This document shows, piece by piece, positions 27,316 to 39,100 of a DNA stretch of 64,000 nucleotides (its first letter is position 1; each line of letters opens with the position of its first letter). Under the pieces are notes generated by a model. That model saw only the letters and a program-made list of their open reading frames with translations. It was not told the origin of the DNA and did not search any database. Source of the stretch: a virus; the IMG/VR virus record IMGVR_UViG_3300034022_000278, positions 24,043 through 88,042 of that record; one strand, given 5' to 3'. The position numbers and the translations under genes were made by a program.

Positions 27316-27999
27316 ATGTTAGGCAAACAATATTGGATAGAACAATTGGGAGAAAAATGGGCACTAAATCTTAAGGGTGTACTAAATACTCCTTATATGG
27401 AAAAGTTAATAAATTATATCAACATTGAGTATGCCCTAAAAACAATATACCCTTCCAACCTTACTACTATTTTTAATACTTTTAAGGAGTGTTCTTGGGA
27501 TGATGTAAAAGTAGTAATCATAGGAAAGGAGCCTGGTTTTAATGTAGGTATTTTCCCTGAGTTACATTCGGATAGTTATATAGATAGTATCCACAATGGG
27601 TCTCTGTATAATATAGCAAGATGTGTAGAGCGAGAATATTATAATGGGTTAAATCTAGATTTTGATCTTTCTTTGTCCTCATGGAATAAGCAAGGTGTGC
27701 TGTTTTTAAACAAGGCCTTGACAGTGCGGAGTGGTGAATCAGGGTCCCATTTAGCGCCTTGGAAAAAGTTTCACGATGCAGTAATAGCATCTATAGTAGA
27801 ATATAAACCAGGAACTATTTTCTTTTTATGGGGAGAAGAGGCACAAGAGCATGCAGATAAATTAAACAATCAACATGTCTTTAGTTGGGAATGCCCACAC
27901 GTTGCTTCTATAGAAAGGAGAGATTGGAAATGTCCTAATTTTAAACAAGCAGATAAATTAATGATAAGCTTATATGGAGAAAATCAAATTCAATGGTAG
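27316..27999 (+). CDS. ung: Uracil-DNA glycosylase family 1-like protein with divergent active site
   Basis: VKVVIIGKEP, WNKQGVLFLNKALTV, SH, FFLWG, terminal IQW. Confidence 0.8.
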   Translation: MLGKQYWIEQLGEKWALNLKGVLNTPYMEKLINYINIEYALKTIYPSNLTTIFNTFKECSWDDVKVVIIGKEPGFNVGIFPELHSDSYIDSIHNGSLYNIARCVEREYYNGLNLDFDLSLSSWNKQGVLFLNKALTVRSGESGSHLAPWKKFHDAVIASIVEYKPGTIFFLWGEEAQEHADKLNNQHVFSWECPHVASIERRDWKCPNFKQADKLMISLYGENQIQW

Positions 28000-28348
28000 C
28001 TATGCTAGGCACTATGCGGGCAAAGTTAAATTAGAATTTACAATAGACCAATTGTTTAAAATAGTTAATGCTGCTATTAACGGCACTACTATTATGCAAT
28101 TATCTCTGCAATATAAAACTTCTCGTAGAGTAATATTAGACATTCAGCGATTGTACTACAGCACTAGGGGCACTTTTAAGAGTGTATCTTATAAGATACA
28201 TCGATTAGGTAACAAAGACGTAGAGTATTACTCAGAAGAAGAATTAATAGCAGGAATTCCTAATTATAAATGGGAAGATTTAGGGGTAGAAGAACAACAA
28301 TTTTATTTAGAATACGGTAGGAAAGAAAAGAAAAATAAAAAAAACTAA
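27974..28348 (+). CDS. Hypothetical protein (possible HTH)
   Basis: 124-aa ORF. Confidence 0.6.
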   Translation: MEKIKFNGSYARHYAGKVKLEFTIDQLFKIVNAAINGTTIMQLSLQYKTSRRVILDIQRLYYSTRGTFKSVSYKIHRLGNKDVEYYSEEELIAGIPNYKWEDLGVEEQQFYLEYGRKEKKNKKN

Positions 28349-28354
28349 TCAAAA

Positions 28355-28687
28355 ATGTTTGAAGTAGGTACAAAAGTAGTATGTATAGATGATTCTATTA
28401 AGCCTGGACAAGAAAGTTTTGTAGCAAAAGCTTACAAGAATTGGGTCAAAGTTGATACTGTTTATACAATTAGAGGAATCTTTAATAATAAAGATATTGT
28501 TACAGGAATTTTATTAAAAGAAGTAGTTAACGGGCCCATTTACATACATCTTATTGATGACTGGTCCGAGCCTATGTTTGCTACTACTCGTTTTCGAGAA
28601 CTAGGTTATGATGAGTTAGAAGAAACGGAAGAAGATGCAGAAACAATATTAGAAAGTATCGATATTGGAGAGTTAATGTTAAACTAG
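28355..28687 (+). CDS. Hypothetical protein (GTKVVCIDD family)
   Basis: 110-aa ORF. Confidence 0.75.
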   Translation: MFEVGTKVVCIDDSIKPGQESFVAKAYKNWVKVDTVYTIRGIFNNKDIVTGILLKEVVNGPIYIHLIDDWSEPMFATTRFRELGYDELEETEEDAETILESIDIGELMLN

Positions 28688-28701
28688 ATTAAATTAAAAA
28701 C

Positions 28702-29043
28702 ATGATGGAAGGAATGACTGACGAAGTCAAAACTTATGTAATAATGCTTTCAGCATTTCAAGTAGTACTAGATTGCCAATTGGAGCTAAAAGGTACTATT
28801 TATGAGCAAGACAAGAAAATTACTCAAAAAGTCAGAGAAGCAGTAAATGTATTAAATCTTAGCAATGCCAAGAATAGAAATAGAATTTGGGCCGCAGATG
28901 AAATACAAGCTATGACAATGACTAGGTCTATTTCTAGAATAGCTGAATTAATAGCTAAATCTGATGGAGTAGGGTTATCCGTGATAGATAATTTACTACA
29001 AGAGGGTATGGATTTTTCTAAGTATAAATTAGTAGAATTATAA
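28702..29043 (+). CDS. Hypothetical protein
   Basis: 113-aa ORF. Confidence 0.75.
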   Translation: MMEGMTDEVKTYVIMLSAFQVVLDCQLELKGTIYEQDKKITQKVREAVNVLNLSNAKNRNRIWAADEIQAMTMTRSISRIAELIAKSDGVGLSVIDNLLQEGMDFSKYKLVEL

Positions 29044-29078
29044 AAAAAAGCAGTGATTTAATTATCACTGCTTTTCTA
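29042..29078. terminator. Bidirectional terminator at convergence of the two genome arms
   Basis: AAAAGCAGTGAT/ATCACTGCTTTT stem flanked by A and T runs, between convergent stops. Confidence 0.88.
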
Positions 29079-32000
29079 TTATTCTATAGTTCTTTGTCCT
29101 GTTCGATATAATCTTATTGCTTGAGCTCCTATAGGAAGCGCTTCGCCTAAGTGTACTAAGAACTTACTGTTACCTTTAAAAGGACCTCCTTCAAAGATAT
29201 CATCGTCATCTTTATCATTTAAATAACCTCCTACATCACCTACTAAACTGTTAACATCTTCTACTAATGCCGCCATTGGCACAGCAGTTTTAGTTAACTT
29301 TTCAAACTCCAAAGGATTAGTATAAAAGCCAATATCTGTACGGAGTCTTATAGTTTGATTAAGTAGGAAATTAGTTATAATTTGATCTTCTTCATCGTCA
29401 TCGCCTGCCATTGCTTTAAGAAACAATGCTATACCCATAAGAGTCATCATTATGTATAACTCAGTCATATTTTTACGAATATTAGCTGCATCCGTATCAT
29501 CAAATCTTTCACCAAATTGGGTTTTCTTAAACATTAACTTTCTTGCTAATTGTTTAAGAGTAAATAAAGTATCAGACACTGCGTTCTCGTTAGTCTGCAT
29601 ACCAAAAAATTTACCCCCCAGATAGCCAATACCTGCGCCTAAAGCAGTACCTACTCCTGGCAAAAACATAGTACCAACTGCAGCACCTGTAGTTAATAGT
29701 TGTCCTTTAGTATAACTTTTATATCGACCTTTACGTATATAAGGTTCATCTAATCCATAAGATAATGCGTAATCTACTTTTTCTGATTCAAATCTATTAG
29801 CAAATCCTTCAAACATCCAAGTTCTAAATTGAGAAAGAGCTCTACCGCCTATAGTAGATTTTACTTGAAGGGCATTATTGTAATCCCCATGGTTCATCTC
29901 GATTACTCTTTTGATTTTCTGAACCATTTTGGTCTCATCGATATCTGTAGTAAAACCAGGTTTTAATGTTCCACTTTCAATATCATAAGCATCCCACATA
30001 GTAACAACTTCACCGTCGGGACCTGTAGCAGGAAACTGTGGAGAATTATCAGGTTTCTTAGACATCATTACTGCAATCATTACTGGAGCATAATTTAAAT
30101 ACTCGGAACGTTCCTGCAAACTAAAAGGCCCAAATCTTTTTAACTTAGACATTGAAGATTTTTGAGACATGTCAAACATTTCTTTATTAGAAGTTTGAAG
30201 TAAATCCCATTTATCCATTAATGTTCTAATTTTAACACCATTACTATTTACACCTTCCCAAGCATTAAAAGATAAGTTCTTTCCTATTGAGTTAGTAGTA
30301 AGTAAATAAGCTTTTCTTAAATCTGTTGCTGAGTATTCTCTACCATCAGCTCCTTGTACCATATTAGAAATTACCCCAAAACCAATATTAGAACTGGCAG
30401 AGAAAAAGTTCCACCCTAAGCCTTTTAAAGTCATATACTTTAACACAGTATCACCTACTCCAGATAAAGTTCTAAAACCACCCAAAGAATCAATTTGACC
30501 TTGTAGGAAGTCTTTGGAATCTTGATCAGTTTCGGTTGCTAATAAAGCTTCTAATTCTTTTTTTCTAGTTTCTTCTGCTTTAGTATATAATTTAGTTTTA
30601 GAAACTCCTTCAACTTTTCTACCGCCTATTCCATAAAAAGTAGAATCCATGAAAAAATCCCACGCAGATTTTAAATTATCTAAACCCTCTTTAGTAAGAG
30701 GTTTACCATTTTCATCAAATTGAGATTGCCCTGCTTTATTTGTTACTAATTCTTTACGACTTTTAAAAGCTTGCTCAAGTAGTTTAATTTGGGGCTCTAT
30801 AATAGATTTATGCTTGTAAGCTAAAATATTAAGAGAATATGCCTTAAGTATTTTAGTTACATCCCAAGATTTTTCTTTAGATATAGCATCTTTAGCTTCT
30901 CTATTAAATCTTAGATTATCTTCATTTGTAGCAGCTTTACCAGTTTCCTGTTTATGCTGTATTTGCATCTGCTTTACTAACTCTCTAACTTTTACAGCAG
31001 TATCTTCAATAAATTGTATTTGAATATTTTTTTCTATATTACCTGTTAAAGGATCTACATCGGAATATACAGTAGTAGCTAAATCGGTAGTAGTTTGCAG
31101 TTGCTTCATTTTATCCCAAAAAGGAATAATACCCATCATTATACCTTTCTCCTGGAAAGTATCCATTAAACTTTTTTGAATAGTAGGCAATACACCTACG
31201 CCCATTAAAGCTTTCTTTTGTTCAGGGAGAGTATATCTTAAAGTATTTAAAGTTTCCATCATATAATTATGGTAATTATATAATGCATCGTCTGCTTCTA
31301 TTTTAGCATAGTTTTTATCGTACCATTTAGTAGGACCATTTACAGTTTCTTTACGAGGAACTTGTACAATATATTCCCTAATTCCTTTAGGAGAATAAAA
31401 AGAATCCGCTCCTTTTTTTCTAGAAACAGGGTTTTCAGCCATATCCATGCCCCAATAAGGTGAATATTCTTTTAACCAATTTTCAAATAAAGTATCTTTT
31501 TCATCTTGAGATAAATTAGGCTCCATTTGCATGCTTTCGTAAATAGCTTTTCTACGAATCTTAAACTGCTCTATTTTATTTTCTACTCTTTTAATATAAT
31601 ACTCGTAACCTTTTTCTCCTAATTGAGATTTTAATTCTGCGATATGTTTTTGTTTAGAACCTTCATTATAAGAAACTCTTTTATAGATAAATTCTGCGGG
31701 AGTACTTTCATCTTCTTGTAAACTATCCTCAAATAGAATACGAGGGTCAAAAGAAATAGTATTTTTATTAGTCCAATCAAAATATGCTTTAATGCCATTA
31801 GCATTTTTAGTTAATTTTTTTGTTTTAGGATCTCTTGACCAAAAAGCTTTTTTCATTAACTCATTACGTACTTCAAAAAATTCAGATGAAAATCTATTTA
31901 CAGTTCTACCTGTTTCTTTACCATCCTCTGTTAATTGTTTTAATATATCAAAATTACCGCCTGATTTTTTTAGAAATTCCTTAGTTAAATTGTCTAATTT

Positions 32001-33113
32001 TTTCCACATTTCTGAAGCCTCTTGCTGTGCTCGCATGTTTGCAGCTTCTACTGCAGAAAATCCTGCTTGTAATATTGCATCATCGTGGCGACTTAAGTTA
32101 AGAGTATTAGTCGCAATCTTATTTACATCTCTAATATTTTGAAAAATCTGTTCTTGCGTTAATTTACCGTCTGTATATTGACGTACAAATTCTGTAACAT
32201 GATTATTCTTAATAGTTGTTAAATCACTTTGCAAGTCTTGTGCTTGGGCTGCTAATGCTCTAAATTTAGAACGTATTTCTGGAGTATTAAATTCATCTGA
32301 ATCTAAAAAAATATGTTGATTAGCTTCCGTAGAAAAATCTCCAGCTCTTAACCAAAGATCAATAATACGTTGAGCATAATAAGTATCATCAGCGCTTACT
32401 GCTGGATTTCTTAATAATTCTTCTACTTCTTTTAATTCACTTTTACCAAAATTTTCTATATCTTCAAAAGCTTTAATATTATTAGCTAATAATACTCTTT
32501 CTTCTGATTGTTCTAAACTCTGAATTAGTTTCTCTAATTTTTGTAAAGTAGTTCTTAACTCTGCAGGATCTTTTATATTAGCAAGATTTTGACGCTGTTT
32601 AATAATTTCTGTATTAATCTTATCTTTTCTTAATCTTTCTACAGAAATAACTTGATTTTCTGCATTAGCAATTAATTCGTCTGTAGAGGATAATCCATTA
32701 CGTTCTGATGTAATAGTTCCTGGATACATATAATTAAATGCAGAGCTATCAAAATCATTAACAACAAATACAGGATCTCCTTTAGCAGCATTTCTTTGTC
32801 TTTGCTTTTCAACATTAACTGGAAGATAATTATACTTCATAGTTAATTCAAAAGTATTTCCCCATAAATTTTTATAAGTAAAATAGTGGGAAGTACCATT
32901 TTGTTGGTTGTACTTCCTAATTCTAGCAGCAACTCCTGCAAAATTTTCTACTTTAGATTCAAATTTAATTGCTTTTTTTATCTCAGTAATACTTTTTACA
33001 TCAGGCATTTTGTAACCATTTGCTGCAAATGCCATATTTGCTAATGTGTCTCCTGTTTGCTTAACAAGGTCTTTCCATTCTTTAGTATTCTTATTCGGAC
33101 ACGCTAACGCCAT
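29079..33113 (-). CDS. Large virion cargo/ejection protein
   Basis: 1344 aa, helical; GRALSQFRTW motif, Gly-zipper hydrophobic segment; follows RNAP genes as in crAss-like phages. Confidence 0.75.
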   Translation of the reverse strand: MALACPNKNTKEWKDLVKQTGDTLANMAFAANGYKMPDVKSITEIKKAIKFESKVENFAGVAARIRKYNQQNGTSHYFTYKNLWGNTFELTMKYNYLPVNVEKQRQRNAAKGDPVFVVNDFDSSAFNYMYPGTITSERNGLSSTDELIANAENQVISVERLRKDKINTEIIKQRQNLANIKDPAELRTTLQKLEKLIQSLEQSEERVLLANNIKAFEDIENFGKSELKEVEELLRNPAVSADDTYYAQRIIDLWLRAGDFSTEANQHIFLDSDEFNTPEIRSKFRALAAQAQDLQSDLTTIKNNHVTEFVRQYTDGKLTQEQIFQNIRDVNKIATNTLNLSRHDDAILQAGFSAVEAANMRAQQEASEMWKKLDNLTKEFLKKSGGNFDILKQLTEDGKETGRTVNRFSSEFFEVRNELMKKAFWSRDPKTKKLTKNANGIKAYFDWTNKNTISFDPRILFEDSLQEDESTPAEFIYKRVSYNEGSKQKHIAELKSQLGEKGYEYYIKRVENKIEQFKIRRKAIYESMQMEPNLSQDEKDTLFENWLKEYSPYWGMDMAENPVSRKKGADSFYSPKGIREYIVQVPRKETVNGPTKWYDKNYAKIEADDALYNYHNYMMETLNTLRYTLPEQKKALMGVGVLPTIQKSLMDTFQEKGIMMGIIPFWDKMKQLQTTTDLATTVYSDVDPLTGNIEKNIQIQFIEDTAVKVRELVKQMQIQHKQETGKAATNEDNLRFNREAKDAISKEKSWDVTKILKAYSLNILAYKHKSIIEPQIKLLEQAFKSRKELVTNKAGQSQFDENGKPLTKEGLDNLKSAWDFFMDSTFYGIGGRKVEGVSKTKLYTKAEETRKKELEALLATETDQDSKDFLQGQIDSLGGFRTLSGVGDTVLKYMTLKGLGWNFFSASSNIGFGVISNMVQGADGREYSATDLRKAYLLTTNSIGKNLSFNAWEGVNSNGVKIRTLMDKWDLLQTSNKEMFDMSQKSSMSKLKRFGPFSLQERSEYLNYAPVMIAVMMSKKPDNSPQFPATGPDGEVVTMWDAYDIESGTLKPGFTTDIDETKMVQKIKRVIEMNHGDYNNALQVKSTIGGRALSQFRTWMFEGFANRFESEKVDYALSYGLDEPYIRKGRYKSYTKGQLLTTGAAVGTMFLPGVGTALGAGIGYLGGKFFGMQTNENAVSDTLFTLKQLARKLMFKKTQFGERFDDTDAANIRKNMTELYIMMTLMGIALFLKAMAGDDDEEDQIITNFLLNQTIRLRTDIGFYTNPLEFEKLTKTAVPMAALVEDVNSLVGDVGGYLNDKDDDDIFEGGPFKGNSKFLVHLGEALPIGAQAIRLYRTGQRTIE

Positions 33114-33119
33114 AATGTT

Positions 33120-36100
33120 TTATTTACCACAAATTAACAAATAATTTTTGAATTCTTCACTGTCAAAAGTAAAGTCGCCAAGTAACTCATTTTCACCCAT
33201 CATTTTTTGATAAGCATCCCAGTCATCGTCACTTGGTCTATTTTCATTTCTATTGCCTTCATCCTCACCGTAAGAAGAAGTTGGTATAGTGCTGTAATCT
33301 ATTCCTAAATTTCCTAAGACAGATAAGTTAAGACCTGTAGGCGCTTCTACTTTTCCTGTGTTTTTATTAGAAACCATTACTAGTTTAGTAGTAGGTCTAG
33401 AAACTGCTACGTATAAAGATTGATTCTTAGCTTTATTACTTCCTGCATTAGAAGATCCCATAATATTATCCTCCATTACATATACATTAGTATAAGTAGA
33501 TCCTTGAGCTTTATGGGAAGTTAATGCATAGCCGTATTCTAAATTTCCAAATTTAGCTTGTAAAGCGTAAGCCAATTGTCTGTCAGTATTCCACAATTGT
33601 TTTAAAGTTGCAGCATATTCTTCTTTGCTAGATTCTGCTATTATAGGAATTTTAACAGGATTACCATTTTGAGAAACAATTTTTCCTGCATCATCCTTAA
33701 GAGTAAGCAAATCTACATCAAATTTATAATTTTTATTTCTAGTACCTTTTGCTCCAGAATAAACATTAACATTTACTAAGTACTCTGGACTAAATTCTGA
33801 AGATACTACTACCATATCTTCACTATTAAAGAATACTATATCTACCTCTTCTTTTCCTTGATTAGGATTGTAAGAATCATAAGCTGTTAATATTTCTCCT
33901 GGAATAAATTTCTCAGTAGTTGCTCTATCTCCAAATAATTTAGTTCTTACTTTTCTATTAAGATTTTTAACACTTTGGCCACTACTATGATTTTGATTGT
34001 TAAATGTTACTATTTTAGCAAAATTAACATCTCCTTTAGCTTGCTGTACATCTTCAACAAATTGAGTTAAAGCTGTATCTTCACTTTTTTCCCAAGTTAT
34101 AGAAGAACCACTTACTGCGTCGTACATATCTACTCTATCTACAGAAGTAATTGGATTAGCTACCCTAGAAGTATTGTTTTCAGCATTAGCTGCTATCTTA
34201 GTTCCTATACCAATAATAGGAGAAGTAGCTGCTTGACGCATTTTTTCTGTTAAAGTATAACTATTTTTTAATCCAAAAACATCACTATCTTTTTCTTGAC
34301 CAACTGGAGGCAATTGAGCTCTATCGCCCATAAAAATAACTTTAGCTCCTTGAGATACCCATTTCTTAATTTCACTTAGTAATTCATCGGATACCATAGA
34401 ACTTTCATCTATAACGATAATTTGTCCATTTTTAATAGGAACTCTTCCTTTATCTCTAGCAAAAGTATCTGGTTCAAATTTACCCGTACTTTCGTCAAGT
34501 TTAATAGCTAAAGCAGAAGCAAGAGTTCTGATATCAGCATTTATGCCTTTTAAAGATTTTGCTAATACTTTTTTAGCTTTATGAGAAGGAGCAATTGCTA
34601 AAATTCTTTTATCTCCTACTTGAGATAGTATCTGCTTAATAATAGTAGTCTTACCTGTTCCTCCTTTACCTTCTAATAAAAATGCTTTTTCATCCGAATT
34701 TAAGAATTCTTTAAGTTTATTAATAGCAATAGTTTGTCCTGCATTAGCAAATACTCCTGGGAATATTTCGTACTTAGTATTTACTGGAGCTTGTTGTTGA
34801 GTAGATAATTGAGTACTTCTTAATTGTTCTACTACTTCAGCTAATGCTGTAGGATGCATTCCTTGACCTCTAGCAGCAGACTTACCTGCATATAACAAAA
34901 TAGCACTGTCTAGTTTACCTTGGTTAATTTGATCAAGTATCCATTTACGTTGTTCTTGATTTCCTGCAAAATCTTCTGCTTCACCGCTTTCATCTAACCA
35001 AGTAGCGTATCCTGTAAGTAGCCAATCTTTATAAGCTTGTACAGCTGTTTGTATAGTAGGTACTTTTCTAGTATTGCCGTAACCAGCTTCACTAAAAGGA
35101 TTGCCAAAATGTTCATTCTTGTTAGCTACTTCTGTACGCATGGTATTAACTCCTTCTGGAGTATAGATAGGTCTAGTTTTTAAATCTCCTGACCATTCTC
35201 TTGATGTATCTATTGTAGGTTTAACACTAGTTGGTTTTGTAGCTACAAATTCTTTAAATCCTTTTATATCTTTAGCCGATCCTAATGCAAGAGTTTGTTC
35301 TGCACTTCTAACTAGTATTTGATCTTCTATTCCTCCTAATGGATCTGTAATATTAGTACCTATAATACCGTCACCTTCTTTATTAGTTTCTGTTTCAGTA
35401 TAATTAACTCCATCTAAAACTGTAGGATTTTCTAAGTTAACTATAGCAGCTATACTTTGTAATTTAGTTGCAGCACCTGGTTCATATTGTTCTCTATTAA
35501 ATTGATCCCAACTTGCATATCTAGATGCAGTAGTTAAATCACTAAAATAAATTCTATCATTTTGTGGAGTCAATTGCTCGATAACATTAGGAGCAGCTGT
35601 ACCGTGATATAGAATATTTTTTACTTTACTGTTAGGAAATACTCCATCAAGATATTGAGAATATTCTTCCTGAGTTCCTATTTTAGCTAGTTCAGGATTA
35701 GCTTTAAATAATTCTGCTACTCCTTCTTTAATATTAATAGATGGTTGAGTAGTATTTTTAAATATATTACTATACATATCAGCTTCTGATATTCCGTCTT
35801 TAGCTAGTTTTCCTGATATTACTGCATATAATAAATTAGGTATTTGTTCTTTAAAAGTTGTTCCTACAAAAACATCTTTTCCTCTTAATCCTTCTTTTAT
35901 AAGAGTCTTAGCTTCTTCCCCAAAAGAAATCCTATCTTTTATACTACTTTCTTCCTGTACTAATAATTGAATAGTTTTAAACTCACTTACTAATTGTAAT
36001 TCATTATTTTTATCGTTAATCCAATTAGGTATAACAGAGTTTACAAAGTTTTTAATATTTTCTGATAAAGTATTTATAGTAGATGGTTGTATAGTAGGCA

Positions 36101-39100
36101 CTCCTTGTGTATTAGGTTTATTTTTTAATGCATCATATTTCTTTTGACCAGTTTTAGCATTCATTGCTTTTAAAATACCATTTCCTTGAGCATATTCTGC
36201 TTTAAGTACTTTGCCATTACCGTCTACTTGGAACTTATAACTATTGCCGAATTCAAAGAATTCTTTAGTGTCTATATTGTTTTCCTTAAGAGTTTCTTGA
36301 TTAGCTTGAATTAAATCCATTGTACTTTTAACAGTACTAGCTAATGCAGAACCTGGTTTAATATCTAGCCCTAAAGCATTAAGTAAATCTGCTAATAATT
36401 CTTTTAATTGTTCCCAAATAGATATTCCTGCTTCATCAGTAATACTATTTAAATGTTCTTGAAAACCTATATCTGTAAGAGCCATTGTGACAAACTCTTC
36501 TAATTTAATAGCACCGTAGTATTTACTTAGATACTCAGGTAGATTTTTTGTATCAGGACTAAATACTGTAGATCTGCCTTCTTTAAAATTTGTATATAAT
36601 CGTTGAAATTCTTTTAATCCTTCATCACCTTCTTTAGCTATTAATTGATTAATATATAATTTTTGAAGAGACTCTAATTTTTGTATAGCATCAATTGTTT
36701 TAGCAGAAAGCCCATCAATATTACCCGATTGGTATGCTTTAATACTAGCAGCAGTGAAAGTATGAATTAACTCATGCGCAGCTACTACAGCTAAACCATT
36801 AGCATCTTGATTTCTTGGATGATTTAAGTTTATATTTAAAGTTCCTGTAGATGCGCTGTAAGATCCTCTACTAGTAGTTTTATTATAAGTAACATTAAAG
36901 TTTTCAGGTAATTGCAATCCTCTAATTATTTGTAATAATTGACGATTAAGAGTAGATACTCCTTCAGCTGTTTCTATATTATTTAATAAATCATCAAGAG
37001 CTTCTGCAGTACCTGCTAAGTTTCTAGATATTCCTAAATCTGCAATAGTATCCTTTTTAGCAGTATTATTTACTACGTTAATTTTAAATTCTTTTGACGG
37101 AGTAACTGGTACACCAGATATTGTATAACCAGGAGCTCCTTGTTGAGGTAGTGGAGAAGTGACTACATTTTTAATTTCAGCAGGCATTGCATTTCTAGCC
37201 TGAGAATTATAACCTACAAATCCGTAACTACCCGATAAAACAGGAATTCTACGATAAACTCTATCTACACTATCAAATTCGTATAAAGCATATTTAGAAG
37301 GTAACTTAGTATCATAAATGCTTAAGAAATGCGTTTGTGTTAATGTAGGCTCTCCTGTATTAGGGTCAGTAACTTCTACAAAGTTATCTTTTAATGCTTC
37401 TTCATTTAACGTAAAGCTTCCTTCAGGAGATGCTACTATATTTCCTTTTAAATTACTTAAACTAACTGTTTTAGTTTTATCAGGATTATTTTGTAAATAT
37501 TGTCTAGTAAATGCAGAAGGTTGTGAATAAATAGGACCATCCTCTGCTACGTTTCCGTAGAAAGTATTTACAAAGTCAAACGGTACTCCTTGTAAGTATT
37601 CACCAAATCCTAATGATTTTAAATATGCAGTAGGAACAAATTTCAAATATTGCTTAGAACCTTGTTTACCTCCTTCAAGGAAAGCTGCTGCTACAAGTTC
37701 TTGTGCCAACATACGACTAGTATAGTCAATGCCGTTAAACCTTCCTACAGAGAAGTTTTTGCTTAGTAAGTAATTAAATCCATCGTAGATATTTCTTTCG
37801 TCGAAATTCTCTCCTGCAGCTGCTTCAAAGTTAATTCTAGAAATAGTACCGTTTTTGTTAATATCAAAAGAAAGTTTGTTAAGGAATCCATTCTTTTGAA
37901 ACCAAGGGTTGGTAGATAACCCATTTAAAATAGTAGCCAAACTATCATTTTTAGGCTTAGTAGCAGTTTTCTTAGAATCAATAAATAATCTTCTTCTTTC
38001 TACGTCTGGGTTTTCTCCAAATAGATTAGTATTAGTATTGGCATATAAATAAGAACGCATTTCATTAAATACTTCTCCTTGAGTTTCTACTAATTTAGAC
38101 ATACTCATAGAAGCCCCTTTAGGCAAATGTGTTCTTACTTCAGATATAATTGTTTTAAATCCTACATTTTTATATGGAAAATACTCATTAAAAATTTGAT
38201 CGGCAAACATCGTACCGTAGTAAGAAGCATATCCGTTAATAGTAGTAGGATCAGCAAGTTTACCTTCTGAATATTCCCCCAGTAATTTTTGCGCATTAAA
38301 TATTTGTAAATAAGGTAATCTTTGTATTTGTTCTACTTTACTTTCAGTCTCTAGTAAAGATTTAGGAATACCACTAGACTCAGTATTAATAGTAGACTGT
38401 AGTACCTTAATATTTTTACCAATTTCTGTTAAATTTTGGAATTTCTCTAATAATGCTAATTGCTCTAAATTAAAATCAGGCGTATTATCCTTCGGATCAA
38501 TAGTTAAACTCTTATTTTTAATATTATTTATTAAATCCTCACCAGATTTAGAAGACATTTGTTCTAATATACTAGGATTTAATTCTTGATAAGTTCCTTT
38601 AGGGTCGTATTTTGCAGCTAATGCTGTAAAAATATCTTTCTCTGCATTTGGATTATAAGAAGTTAGAGAAGATCGTGCATCTCTTAATTTATCCACATAT
38701 TCCCAGATAATCTCTTGAGTTATTAATCCTACTATTTCTTTTTCTTCAAACCCTAATAATGTTAGGGCCCGAATTACATCAAAAGTTTCATCATTAATAT
38801 TTAATTTATCTAATATCTGTGCTTTTTCGTTATCCACAGCTGTAGATTGTAGAGCTCTAATAATAGTAGACTTAAATTTCAAAGATTCTTTCTCTTTATC
38901 CGTTAATTCTCTTTTCTCTGCTTTAGCTTTATTTATAAGATTCTGAGATTTTAATGTGTATTTACCTGATATATCTCCTTTAGATTCTACTTCACCAAAT
39001 GTAGCTAATGGTAAATTATTTTCTAGTAACTCTGCAGTTGTAGGAACTCTAGGGTCTAAGAATGTTCCAAATAAAGCTTCTCTAGTTTCTTCTGTTAGAT

